Part shown: positions 24,201 through 35,086 of the stretch, in pieces
Layout of the letters: each line of letters begins with the position of its first letter
How positions within the stretch are numbered: position 1 is the stretch's first letter
Origin: Anthoceros angustus
Taxonomy: Eukaryota > Plantae > Anthocerotophyta
DNA length: 64,000 nt
Assembly (NCBI GenBank): GCA_010909165.1
Contig: VJWM01000204.1
Location: 124,001-188,000, forward strand
Direction: 5' to 3'
Notes under the pieces: generated by a model
Told to the model about the DNA's origin: nothing
Seen by the model: only the letters and a program-made list of their open reading frames with translations
Database searches by the model: none
Position numbers and translations under genes: made by a program

Positions 24201-25236
24201 GTGCTGTTCTATATGATCATTGCTAGCTGAAAGAAGGTTCTCCTCCCTGATCCCACCACCATTGGCAGGAGATGAAGTTGAATTGCTTGCTTGATCGTGC
24301 AGGCTTCCCAAATCTGCAACAATGGCTTCCCATACCGTCTCAGCAGCTAAGACAGTTGATGATTCCGGCAACAGAGCTGCATTACCTGAGGAAACCCTGG
24401 TCTCCTCAAGGGACTGAATCTTAGAACCAGAGCACGGCTCCAAGCCACCTGTATGCTTTGCCACACTGCTGCCCTGTTGACTATCTATGCCATTAACAGC
24501 CCTGTTATGTTCCACCACACCACCTGCAGCCATTACGCCATGAGCACCATCCTTGTCACTGCGTTCTGGTTGATGATCATCTCTTAGCTCTGGCCCAAAC
24601 CTCCCGTCACTGGAATGTAGAGAATCCTCAAGTCTGGACTTGTTTGTGACCTCAGTAGCATCATGTTGAGCGGGTGTAGCTGCAGCCAACCTCGAGTCCT
24701 CACCACCGATAGTCTGATTGAACAGTAACCTGGCCTTCCCCTGGCTTTTCTTCGCATACGGTATCATAACCAGAAATTCGCCATCCCGCAATTCAAGTGA
24801 TTTCACGGTAGCTGCAACGTTTAGTTTGGATCCCTGATACGAGCGAACAATCAGAATAGAAACAAGCACAATCTGAACCATTCCACTCAAAACAGTACCA
24901 GAAAGCTCTTCCAGTCCTGCGGTAAAGCCAACAATCAGAATAGAAACAAGCACATTCTGAACCATTCCACTCAAAACAGTACCAGAAAGCTCTTCCAGTC
25001 CTGCGGTAAAGAGTTACAAGGTAAGGATAAAGGCAAGGCTGGCTCACTCGGAGAAAGAGATGTAACAGAGGAGACGAAGTAGGCCATTTGAACTTGCTAG
25101 CAACGAGCTCCTTGACATGAGCCACCGTCTGGGAAGGGAGGAGGGACACACGAGTGCATTGCCCATCCACAGTTCGCACAGAAACAAGCATACGGTTCTC
25201 CTGCTCCTCAGCTGTTAGATCACCCGAGTCGCCCAT
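18233..25236 (-). CDS. HRQ1: HRQ1/RecQ4-like DEAH helicase with N-terminal ubiquitin-like domain and C-terminal DUF1998; many exons
   Basis: [78 protein letters not shown] and the C-terminal [34 protein letters not shown] cysteine cluster. Confidence 0.92.
24846..25011. repeat. 84-bp tandem duplication in intron 1 of HRQ1
   Basis: aacaatcagaatagaaacaagcac...ccagtcctgcggtaaag starts at 24846 and 24930. Confidence 0.9.
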
Positions 25237-25517
25237 GTCACATCGGACAAGAGTTCATCTCACATGAGCCGGAGACCGCCTGAAACTGGCGGTTGTGATT
25301 AGACCGCGAAGAGACCGCTAAGTGGATTTGGTCACAGGTGGCGACCAGCGGAAACATATAAAGCCCAGAGGGTCTAATGCCCAGTAAAATGGGAAGGGGC
25401 CGAGTCCCGTGACTGGGCAGCATAACTGGCGCTCTTGTGTCTGCCAAGCAACCGGATTCGTTGTAGCCAAACTCGCCTGTGGTTTGCTGTAAAGGAGCTT
25501 GGACTTTGGTTCCCAAG

Positions 25518-28500
25518 ATGGTAAGAACACTTCGTCCTCAGACATGTATTGTCCTGTATCTCGACGGGATGCTATTCAGGACTCGTTGAAAAGATTAGCA
25601 GACCTACTCTTCATCACAGCTGATCTGTGGGTCCTCTTTGATGCTATGTCCGATTGTGGAATGCATCTTGCAGGCATACGTTCACAATAACCTCTTCAAG
25701 TCCAATTCAGGTGTGCCAGGTTATTGTGATGTTGTGGCATTGTTCTTTGTCTGGGCTCGCCCCAAGCTTGTTCGAAATCCTGGCGCATTGGATTAGCCCC
25801 TTTTAGCCTATTGCTCAGTGATGTCAGATGTGCTTGGGGCTGCTTCCAGGTTTTGAGCACCGGCTTGACCGACAGAGAGCAATGGATGATCGGCGGAATG
25901 TGACAATCAGGTGGTTTAACCTCCCCTTTGTCGTTGTCCTGAATGTGTTCTTGGCCTGCAATCGATGGTGCATTGCGAGCATGGGGCTTGACAAGGTTTT
26001 GAAACAGGTATCTCAAGGATGACAATCGTGCACAGTTGTCGAACACTTTCCTCGACAGATCGGACGCGTTTAGACGGAGGCGAGAGGTAGTTTGCTTGTT
26101 CCAACCGTGTTCCTTATTTGGCTAAGCATTTTCTGGCACCATCATACCGTGACTGTGCGAGTACAGGCAGATGAGCAAGCAAAAGAGGCATCGTTATTGG
26201 AGGACCTTCAAAGGAGGGAGAAGATCCGGGAGGCTTTCAAGCTGGTTACTCGCGACCTTGTCTTGCTGAGGTTGAAATATTCTCAAACTCAGGTGTACGT
26301 AAGGGTTACTGACAGCATCAATGCATCGACAGACAAGAGAAGAAGATGACTTCATAGCCAAGCAACTGTCAGACCAGGACAAAGAGTATCAGCGAGAACA
26401 ACGGGTGCTGGAAAAGTTGAGGCTAGAATCGCCTGAGCTACGGGCCTTGCAGACAAAACTTCAGATTGCTGAGATGAACAAGTTGCGGCATCAGCAAGTA
26501 GTGCTTCTCGACTGGACTTTCGAAATTTGATTCTCGTTGTCACTCATGTACAACAGTGATACATCTGCCGAGGGTGGGTCAGCTTGAGGAGAAGCGGCTA
26601 ATGGAGCTGGAGGAAGCTGCTCGGAATGCTGGTTTCCACAAGCTAATGGAGCTGCAAATGATCAAAGAGGACGCTCTTGAGCACGAGCGCTTGCGGAAAC
26701 GGTTTGGGAACATGGCAAGCCCTTGCAACTTTTGTGGTTGAATCCAGATGAAAATGAGTGGTGTTTTCCATGTAACGGAACATGACAGTTGACTGCTAGG
26801 TAACACAGAATATGTCAGGACAAAGATCGGATTCACTGCAGCTGTTGAAACGTTGCTCGGGCTTACTCGCTTTTTATGGTGCAGATGGATGCTAAGCAAA
26901 GGATTCAGGAGCAACTGAAAGAGAGGGAGATCATAAAAGAACAGGAGCTTCAAGAACGTCTGAAAGAGACTGAAGAATTGACCGAGGTCAAGATCTTTAG
27001 CGTTTCTTGTCTCCTGTTCTTCTGTATGCACAGTCTCGTGGTCTTGGTAGACAAACAGGGGCACTGATCCTGCAATTGCACTGCGCTTGTGGGGAAGAAT
27101 ATGTCCTGCTGAATATGAGCAAGAAGTTGCATCCCAATGCCTCTCGTGAACTCAATTTGCGATTGTTCCTGACTGGCTTGAAACTCAGGAGCTTGCAAAA
27201 CTCAGAGAGGAACAGATTGCTGAAGCTTACCGCAAACTGTAATATGATTTGTGAACGATGCTTCTGATTGTTGTGGCATCTCATCTATTGTTGTTTCCAT
27301 CTGAAAGATTGCTGGGTGTGCTTTCCAGACGGAAGAAGGCGCAAGTACGGCAAACCATGGTGGAAGGCCAGAAAGTTCGTGAAGAGATGAAGAGGAAGAA
27401 GGTGAAGTGTGCTGGCTTTGGAAACCCTCTACATAGTTCTCCACTTCTTGTGCCATGTTTGCATAAAGAGTTCAAGCTTGTTGTTTTCGGAAAAGTGAAA
27501 TGTCTTTCCCAGAGGACTTCCCCTCCTAAGCAATATGCAACGTAAAACAGGAACGGCAAGAAAAAGAAGAGGAAGATGCCATCATGGCTTACCGAGCCAG
27601 AATTGAGGAACGCCTCAGGATGCAAGATGTCGGCAAAAAGGAGAAGCGTGATGAAGAGCAAAGGTTATGGCCTGACATTATCCTGCTCTGGACACGCGAT
27701 TGGATCTCAATCCTTCAATTCATGTCAGAATTGGAGTGGTGAGAAAGCCTCATTTGCATTACAGCTGTTGTATAGGATTCATAATGAGCTATCTTCCAAA
27801 AAGTTGGCGGAGATGCGAGCTAAGGAAGACATGGAGAACGCAATCAATGACTATTACTTTGAGGAGTCGGAGGCGTTATACCATAAGAAGATGGAAGAGC
27901 TCAGTATACAGGCATCAGTCTTCAGCATGAACCTGCTGCCGTATTCTTCCATTACTATGACGACGGAAGCAGGATTCTGAATACCAGCCCGTTTCTGATT
28001 TTGCAGAAGGAGCGCATTCAAGCCAACCTGAGGGCGGCTTGCCAGATGCATGAGCAGTTTAAAGAGGAGAGGCGTCAGCAAGAGAGGCTTGACAAGAAGG
28101 AGTTTGCGAGGAGGATGTTGGAGTCTATGGAGAAGGTGACTTTTGTCATTCTCTGTTCCTAAGAGACCTTCTTGGTAAGAGGATTCTGCTCACTTGCTGA
28201 TCTGTTACTCTGCTCACTTTGCTGCTGTCACTGGTACTCAGGAGTTCAAGCTTGAGCAGTTGAGTGCTCAAAGACGGCGCATGAAAATCGAGGAATACAA
28301 GCGAGAAATCGATCAAGCGTGGCTTGAGAAGGAGGCTGCGTTCCAGTCTCAGGTAGCTTCTTTGAAGCAGTCGAACTGTTTGCCTTCAGTCCAGTTCATG
28401 CCAAAACGTACCTGAGACATGCTTGCCGATTGGGCTTCTTCAGCTCGAGGAGGCCAACGAGCTAAGAAGGAAAGAGGAGGAAGAGGCGAAATGGAGAGAA

Positions 28501-28665
28501 GCCTTGGTCGAACGGGAGCGCAAGAAGCTCCTTGCAGAGCATGCCGTCAAGCTTGCTGATTATCTCCCCAAAGGCACCTTGTCCAAGCCTGAAGACTTGA
28601 CCATCGTCGGCATAAAACCATCCCCGGAAGATACTTCCGTGGGCAAGCCTTACCGACCGTTTTGA
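25518..28665 (+). CDS. MNS1: MNS1/FAP127 (trichohyalin-plectin-homology coiled-coil, axonemal microtubule inner protein); multi-exon, 5' end uncertain
   Basis: E/K/R/Q-rich exons including LRLESPELRALQTKLQIAEMNK, and the C-terminal ALVERERKKLLAEHAVKLADYLPKGTLSKPEDL, which matches the recalled MNS1 end (EERLKLLKEHA..L.GYLPKG). The start at ATG|GTAAG 25518 is tentative. Confidence 0.8.
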
Positions 28666-29560
28666 GTCGTTTGGATACTGATTTGTTGTGGGCGCCCGAT
28701 CAGGTATCAGGTGTTGTCAAGGTAGATGCCCTCAGACGCTCTTCTGTTTCCGCATCATGTGTGTACAGGGTGAGTGTGTATAGCTATGTATGTACTACGT
28801 CTTAGTACTAGGTAGTGTTATCCAAGAATTTCCTTGATAAAGATATTTAAGAAAGTAAATATTCAAAAACAAGGTTACCAACTAGGTACCTATGGCCCGG
28901 CCTAGGCCAAATGGACACACATTTATAAGAACGCCGTGATTAAGCATCCTGAGCTTGGATCGGTACTTAGATGGGGTCCCTAAAGGGAGTGGATGCCCTT
29001 GGTGCAAGTAGCTTAGGCACACCATGGTACAAGTTGTTAAGTTCCAAGTCCCATGACGGAAATTCGTCCTTAGTGGACTTAAATAAAATCCTTCTTCTTC
29101 TTCTTCTTCTGGTGAGACTAAAGCAAATGGTGTGAGACTAAAGCGAACGATTTGCAACTCTTGCAACTCGTTTTACTCAAGGGTCTTACTCTCTACCCTA
29201 TCACTCTCGATTCTAACCTTCTGCTGTACAGAAGAGCTGCAAATGTTGCAATGTTTCAGCAGCTTCGTCGATCGAGCTGCCAATTTTCAGGGGGCGCAAC
29301 TCGTGAACGTTTTTCAAGCTCGATCGGCCTTTGGCGTCCGACCTGGTGCGACGATGGTGCCTTTGTCAATGTTTGCACCTGTATCGTAACGGAGCGGATA
29401 CCGTAACGGAACGGCTATCCGTAACGGGAACGTGACTAAGCAGATAAGCATGGATCCATGGATCTGGATCTGCTCCAGGAAGCAAGGGTTTACGGTAGAT
29501 AACCCTAAGAGGTCTGCGAGTTCGAACTGCAGTTTCCCTCTGGACTTATCCATAAGCATG

Positions 29561-29567
29561 TATAAAG
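29561..29567 (+). promoter_or_regulatory. TATA box upstream of SMP gene copy 1
   Basis: TATAAAG about 140 nt upstream of ATG 29704. Confidence 0.5.
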
Positions 29568-29703
29568 GGAAGCGGCCGTCGCTAGAGGACTCAGTGCGTT
29601 GAGACTATTTCGGCTGTGTCTGAGGACTGTGGCTCAAATCATTGTCGTTGTGGAAAGCAGAAGACCAGAACCGGCAGCGAGGAAGCCAGCGGGTGAGCAG
29701 CAC

Positions 29704-30030
29704 ATGTCTCTCTCTGAATTTTCCCCCGAGGATGAGGCTCTGATTGATGAGCCAGACACGGGAAAGAGCCTTGAAAATGAGATTAATAATCTACTATTGC
29801 TCGTTGCTCATGGTATGCGCAGCCCAGGCGGGAGTCCAAGAAATTCCTCGGGGATGGACCACAGCAAGCCCCAGCCTTCAAGTTCGCCCAAGGGCACCCC
29901 CATGACGAAAGACGCAGCGGCGCGGATCCAGTCTGCGACGGCCAAGCAGACTGGAGGGAACGTCTCGAAAGACACTTTTGCCGCCAGGGCGCAGGCTGCG
30001 GCTGACAAACATGCGAATAAGGGGAAGTAA
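29704..30030 (+). CDS. Small SMP (seed maturation protein/LEA)-motif protein, copy 1; start may be 29815
   Basis: PMTKDAAARIQSATAKQTGGNVSKDTFAARAQAAADKHAN is a single SMP half-repeat of the kind common in small fungal SMP proteins. Confidence 0.7.
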   Translation: MSLSEFSPEDEALIDEPDTGKSLENEINNLLLLVAHGMRSPGGSPRNSSGMDHSKPQPSSSPKGTPMTKDAAARIQSATAKQTGGNVSKDTFAARAQAAADKHANKGK

Positions 30031-30456
30031 GGGTTCTCTAATGGCGACAGACTGACAGACTAGTGGCGGCTCCAGCACTGGAGGGGATGGTGTACAATAC
30101 TGTGAAGGTGTACGATAATGTGAAGCATGTTTTCAGGACTTCGGCATAGAATTTTGCTCAATGCAGTTGCTCTAGCGGCCTAGCCACTTGTACTCGATAG
30201 CGAGGGATGCTGCAAGTAACTGAACAGCCAGCGTAACACACTCTGGTTTGAACACGCTGCAGTAAAAAAATGTTCACAACCCGATGCACGCTTCCTGTCC
30301 ACCTGCCTGGTCTGCACAGGATCGTAACTGTTCTAGTCCAAGTGAAGTAGGGTGCTACGCCTCCGCTATTCCAAGTGGTCCATGTTGCTACGTTTGCTGA
30401 GAGCTGATATCGATTGAAATCACGCATGATGCACGGCAGTAGTACCCCATCTACCG

Positions 30457-30705
30457 CTGAACAATGTTGGTGGCAGCTGTATCAAGATCAATATATATAT
30501 TAGTATTGATCTTGATCAGGTTGATTAGATGGATAGTGTCCGTGCGTCGATTCCAACTCAATTTGATGCTGACCTGGCCTGAACAATGTTGGTGGCAGCT
30601 GTATCAAGATCAATATATATATTAGTATTGATCTTGATCAGGTTGATTAGATGGATTGTGTCCGTGCGTCGATTCCAACTCAATTTGATGCTGACCTGGC
30701 CTGAA
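30457..30705. repeat. 122-bp tandem duplication, each copy carrying a perfect 13-bp hairpin
   Basis: ctgaacaatgttggtggcag... starts at 30457 and 30579. Arms atcaagatcaata (30481-30493) and tattgatcttgat (30504-30516) flank a 10-nt AT loop. Confidence 0.9.
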
Positions 30706-30721
30706 ACTCACTCAAACTGAG

Positions 30722-32095
30722 CCCCCGAACTATGAATTTGTAGAGGTCTACATGTGGAGCAGCCCCCGAACTATGAATTTGTAGAGGTCTACATGTGGAG
30801 CAGCATTGCCAACCGAGCCCTACGCCCGAACTATGAATTTAGAGGTCTACATGTGGAGCAGCCCAGACTATGAATTTGTAGAGGTCTACATGTGGAGCAG
30901 CATTGCCAACCGAGCCCCTCGAACTATGAATTTGTAGAGGTCTACATGTGGAGCAGCCCAGACTATAGTTGTAGGGGTCTACATGTGGAGCAGCATTGCC
31001 AACCGAGCCCCTCGAACTATGAATTTGTAGAGGTCTACATGTGGAGCAGCCCCGAACTATGAATTTGTAGAGGTCTACATGTGGAGCAGCATTGCCAACC
31101 GAGCCCTCGCCCGAACTATGAATTTGTAGAGGTCTACATGTGGAGCAGCCCCGAACTATGAATTTGTAGGGGTCTACATGTGGAGCAGCATTGCCAACTG
31201 AGCCCTACGCCCGAACTATGAATTTGTAGAGGTCTACATGTGGAGCAGCCCCGAACTATGAATTTGTAGAGGTCTACATGTGGAGCGACATTGCCAGCCC
31301 TACGCCCGAACTATGAATTTGTAGAGGTCTACATGTGGAGCAGCCCCGAACTATGAATTTGTAGAGGTCTACATGTGGAGCAGCATTGCCAACCGAGCCC
31401 TACGAACTATGAATTTGTAGAGGTCTACATGTGGAGCAGCCCCGAACTATGAATTTGTAGAGGTCTACATGTGGAGCAGCATTGCCAACCGAGCCCTACG
31501 AACTATGAATTTGTAGAGGTCTACATGTGGAGCAGCCCCGAACTATGAATTTGTAGAGGTCTACATGTGGAGCAGCATTGCCAACCAGCCCTACGCAAAC
31601 TAGAAACTACGCAAACTAGAAACTAGAGGTCTACATGTGGAGCAGCATTGCCAACGAGGTCTACATGTGGGCAGCCCCGAACTATGAATTTGTAGAGGTC
31701 TACATGTGGAGCAGCATTGCCAGCAGAGCCCTCGCCCGAACTATGAATTTGTGAGGTCTACATGTGGAGCAGCCCCGAACTATGAATTGTAGAGGTCTAC
31801 ATGTGGAGCAGCATTGCCAACCAGGCCCTACACAAACTAGAAACTACAAACTAGAAACTAGAGGTCTACATGTGGGCAGCATTGCCAGAGGTCTACATGT
31901 GGGCAGCCCCGAACTATAGTTGTAGAGGTCTACATGTGGAGCAGCATTGCCAACCAGGCCTACGCAAACTAGAAACTACGCAAACTAGAAACTAGAGGTC
32001 TACATGTGGAGCAGCATTGCCAACCGAGCCCTACGCAAACTAGAAACTACGCAAACTAGAAAGTGAACATTGCCAACCGAGCCCTACACAAACTG
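30722..32095. repeat. Higher-order minisatellite: 40-bp monomer alternating with monomer plus about 20-bp linker
   Basis: About 25-30 copies of cccgaactatgaatttgtagaggtctacatgtggagcagc. Roughly every second copy is followed by attgccaaccgagccctacg. The distal part gains acgcaaactagaaact units. Confidence 0.95.
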
Positions 32096-32099
32096 GAAT

Positions 32100-32745
32100 C
32101 TAGACCGTGAACAGTGGTAGGAAAAGAGCTGAGCCTTTATAGAGAGGGAACACAACACTCCCATACAATATGGGTTATATGCACTAGGCACACTAGATAC
32201 TAGCACACAAGCACACAAGAACACTTAGGTGGGCTTGGCCTTATATAGTCCTAGCCTTGAATCCTACTGGTCACTTGACCTTGAATCCTATTGGTTACTT
32301 GACCTTGAGTCCTATTGGTCACTTGACCTTGAATCCTACTGGTCACTTGACTTGCCCTTTACTTTTGGACTTTCTAGAAGATACTTTCTAGAAGATGCAT
32401 GACTTTCAAGTTATTTTTAGGGCACTCTTCATAACCTGCTTTTAGGGCACTCTTCATAACATATTTTGATATGTTGTAATAAAACACTTTTAACAAACAG
32501 CAAGTCCAAACCAGAATTTTGTTCATCTAAGAGCACCCAGGAAGGCGGCCCAGCTACAAGCATCTTAGGGGCTGCGGATTCTCCTCGTACAAGGATTTCT
32601 AGCTAGATAAGCATCCTTCTAACATGCTTCAATCAAATCCCATCCAAGAATTATCTAGCATCCTTCTAATAAGCTTGAATCAAATCCCGTCCAAGAATTA
32701 TCTAGCATCCTTCTAATCTGCTTGTATCAAATCCCGTCCAAGAAT
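32100..32745 (-). mobile_element. LTR/U3-R-like promoter segment built of short tandem repeats; element family unidentified
   Basis: Minus-strand CTATATAAGG (32248-32239) points toward the satellite. Upstream lie 24-bp x4 (ccttgaatcctactggtcacttga), about 22-bp x2 and 47-bp x3 repeats. No PBS or TG...CA ends were found. Confidence 0.35.
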
Positions 32746-33023
32746 GGTTATGGGAAGGAGACAGGGAGTTTTTTTGGGGGTTATGTTATGGTTTTCCTAT
32801 TTTCTCATTTCTAGCAAAGTAATTGTGTGTTTTTTATTCAAGATATTCTTCCAACGTTCCCCGCAAATGAAAAATTGCAGGATAAAGTTTGAGAAAGAAA
32901 ATTCCGCGGTGAGGATTAGGACTTATGGCAGGAAATAGGGCATAAAAGCGTCCCGCCTTTTAGTCTCATGCGTGTCCAACCTTTCAGTTTTCGGTCCGTC
33001 CCTTTGCTTACGGATACCTACTG

Positions 33024-33030
33024 ACGTGGC
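33024..33030 (+). promoter_or_regulatory. ABRE (ACGTGGC) upstream of SMP copy 2
   Basis: Exact ABA-responsive element core about 600 nt upstream of a LEA-type gene. Confidence 0.45.
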
Positions 33031-33114
33031 CTTCCGATCGGCCAACCATCACTTAGTGGAAACGCGAGCTTAAGTATTTTGCTTTGGGTATGGGTGTGTA
33101 GCCGTTTAGTGGAC

Positions 33115-34080
33115 CCGAGGATTTCTTTGATGAAGATATTTAAGAAAATGAATATCAAAAAGTAATAAAGCTCCGACCGGTGAGACTTGACGAGAACGAT
33201 TCAACTCATGCTTTCACGCTCGGCAAGTTGGGTACTCTCCATGTACTCTCCGCGTCTCCCCTTACTCTGGGTCCTACTCTTGATTCCAGCCTTCTGCTCT
33301 ACAAAAGGGCAGCAAATGTTGCCATGTCCCGGCACCTTCGTCGATCGACCTGCCAGTTTTCAGGGGCGCACCTCGTGAGAGTTTCCCAAGTTCCATCTCT
33401 GTTCTTGGCATCCGTGCTCGCCGCATCCGCATCGATCTCTAACCGGTATGAAGTTGGAGCTTGGAACTACAGAGTGCGACAGTGGTGCCGCGGTCATTGT
33501 TTTGCAAGTCTGCGCACATCGCCCCCAGCACTGATAGACCATTTACGATTTCTCGTTGCTATGTGCAGGCTGCGATTGAGACGTTGAGTCGGAGCAATTT
33601 TTCCCGGACGTGCCCATTGCAACCCGTGGTTTCAATTATGCCGAAGGACAGCTCCATGACACCGGAGGCAGCGTCGAGGATCCAGTCTTCAACTTGCAAG
33701 CAGAATGGAGGGATCACCCCGGAAGGCAGTTTTGCCTCTCGAGCTCAGTCTGCTGCTGCCAGGAATGTGAACAGCGGCAAGTGCGGGTCCTCCAATGGCA
33801 GCCGTGGATCCGGAGACTCCAGCGCCGGAGGGGGATGGTGCACCATAATGTGAAGCCTGTTTGAATCAGGATTTCGGCAGAGACATTTCCTTTTTTTGGT
33901 GGCCAGAAGATCAGATAAGAGACAAGAGACATTTTTCGTTGTTGCTCTAGCGGCCTAGCTTCTCCCAGTTGCTGAGAGATGTTGCAATTCTCTGAACAAC
34001 TAGGGTAACGAGACTCTTGTTTGAATGCGTTGCAAGTATTGAATGTGAACTACCCGGTGCCTGTTTCACACTTGCCGGCT
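33115..34080 (+). repeat. Copy 2 of the local duplication
   Basis: Colinear with 28825-30330, but lacks the roughly 240-bp insert present at about 28870-29110 in copy 1. Confidence 0.85.
33638..33853 (+). CDS. Small SMP-motif protein, copy 2, ending in a CaaX box (CTIM)
   Basis: MPKDSSMTPEAASRIQSSTCKQNGGITPEGSFASRAQSAAARNVNSGKCGSSNGSRGSGDSSAGGGWCTIM-stop. Confidence 0.7.
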   Translation: MPKDSSMTPEAASRIQSSTCKQNGGITPEGSFASRAQSAAARNVNSGKCGSSNGSRGSGDSSAGGGWCTIM

Positions 34081-35086
34081 TTAAATTGCAACCTCCTTGG
34101 ATTTTCCATTCATGTCTAGATTCGTAGCGTAGGCAAACTCCCTTGCAATCGACCAGAAAGGATCTCTTCCAGGGTGCTGGAATTTCGTAACCGGTAGTGA
34201 CAACCGGTTACGAAAAAGACTAGGGGGTCTATAAGTCATGGATGCTTCTGATGGGAGACTGTCCCACGGGGCTTGCTGGTTATCGAGGAGGCCTTGAAAG
34301 TGTGAAAATTTGAGTGAGGTGGATCATGAACCTTGCCTGTGCCACATGAGGGGTAAGCTGTCATATGTGTGCACAACGGAAACACGCTTGTTTGAGTTGC
34401 AATGTAACAAGCGCGGTGTGGTTGGTCAGCATGATAGCCACAGTACTGAATGAATCCTTTTTCCACATGCTAAGGACAAGAAATGCACACCTTCGTAACT
34501 CCCCACGGCCAGTCGAAGCAGAGAGATGGCGGAGTGGTTCAGACTGCGAGATCGAGGGAAAGGAGCTGGACGGCTTCCGGGATACTTACCTGTTCGAGGT
34601 GAGAAACTTGGGGACGATCCTACAGTGAGGGAAGAATTCAGAGATGCATTGCGCATTGTATAAGCGTCCAAAGGGGGCGGGGAAGGTGCCCTCCAAACAA
34701 CCGGTCGACTGGAAGAAGGTTCGTCTGTAGACTATAAGAGAACCAAGCTGACCGGCGTCACACGGTTGTCAAACTCCCAACAACGCGGTCTGCTTCCTGC
34801 CGGCCTCAGCACCCCCTACTGTAGCAGTCTCTGGTCATCCCCACCTATAAATGACTCCAATCTTGCGCGCTATCTCGTCACATCTTAGTCTCTGGTCCTT
34901 CCATCGCCTCAGCGCTGCTTCATCAGTGCTCTGTACTATGTGCACATTCAAGTGAAGGCTGTGAATCCTCATTTTTTGAGAGCAAGGTGTGGGAATCCGT
35001 CCCAACATTATCAAGCTTGCCTCCAGGTGGTGGAAGCCCGCAAGCTGCTCCTGTGCTGTTGCCAGTACTGCAATTCACGGGCATCC

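Larger units (their letters stand above)
28825..30330 (+). repeat. Copy 1 of a diverged local duplication (promoter + SMP gene + 3' region); homologous to 33115-34080
   Basis: Colinear blocks include gataaagatatttaagaaa / gatgaagatattaagaaa, gcaaatgttgc...cttcgtcgatcga.ctgcca.ttttcaggggcgca.ctcgtga and gttgctctagcggcctagc. Confidence 0.85.

Noticed and set aside
28870-29120. Helitron-like insert in SMP copy 1 promoter (minus-strand GC hairpin + CTAG at 28882)
   Set aside because: The insert relative to copy 2 is real, but the hairpin is imperfect and no convincing 5' TC end was found. The family cannot be assigned from the sequence alone.
30722-32095. CRISPR-like array
   Set aside because: Intervening sequences are repeated rather than unique spacers, there are no cas genes and the context is eukaryotic. 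It is a satellite.
30722-32095. Repeat-encoded protein (PNYEFVEVYMWSS units)
   Set aside because: The monomer is 40 bp, so the frame shifts each unit and hits TGA/TAG. No ORF of 60 aa or more exists.
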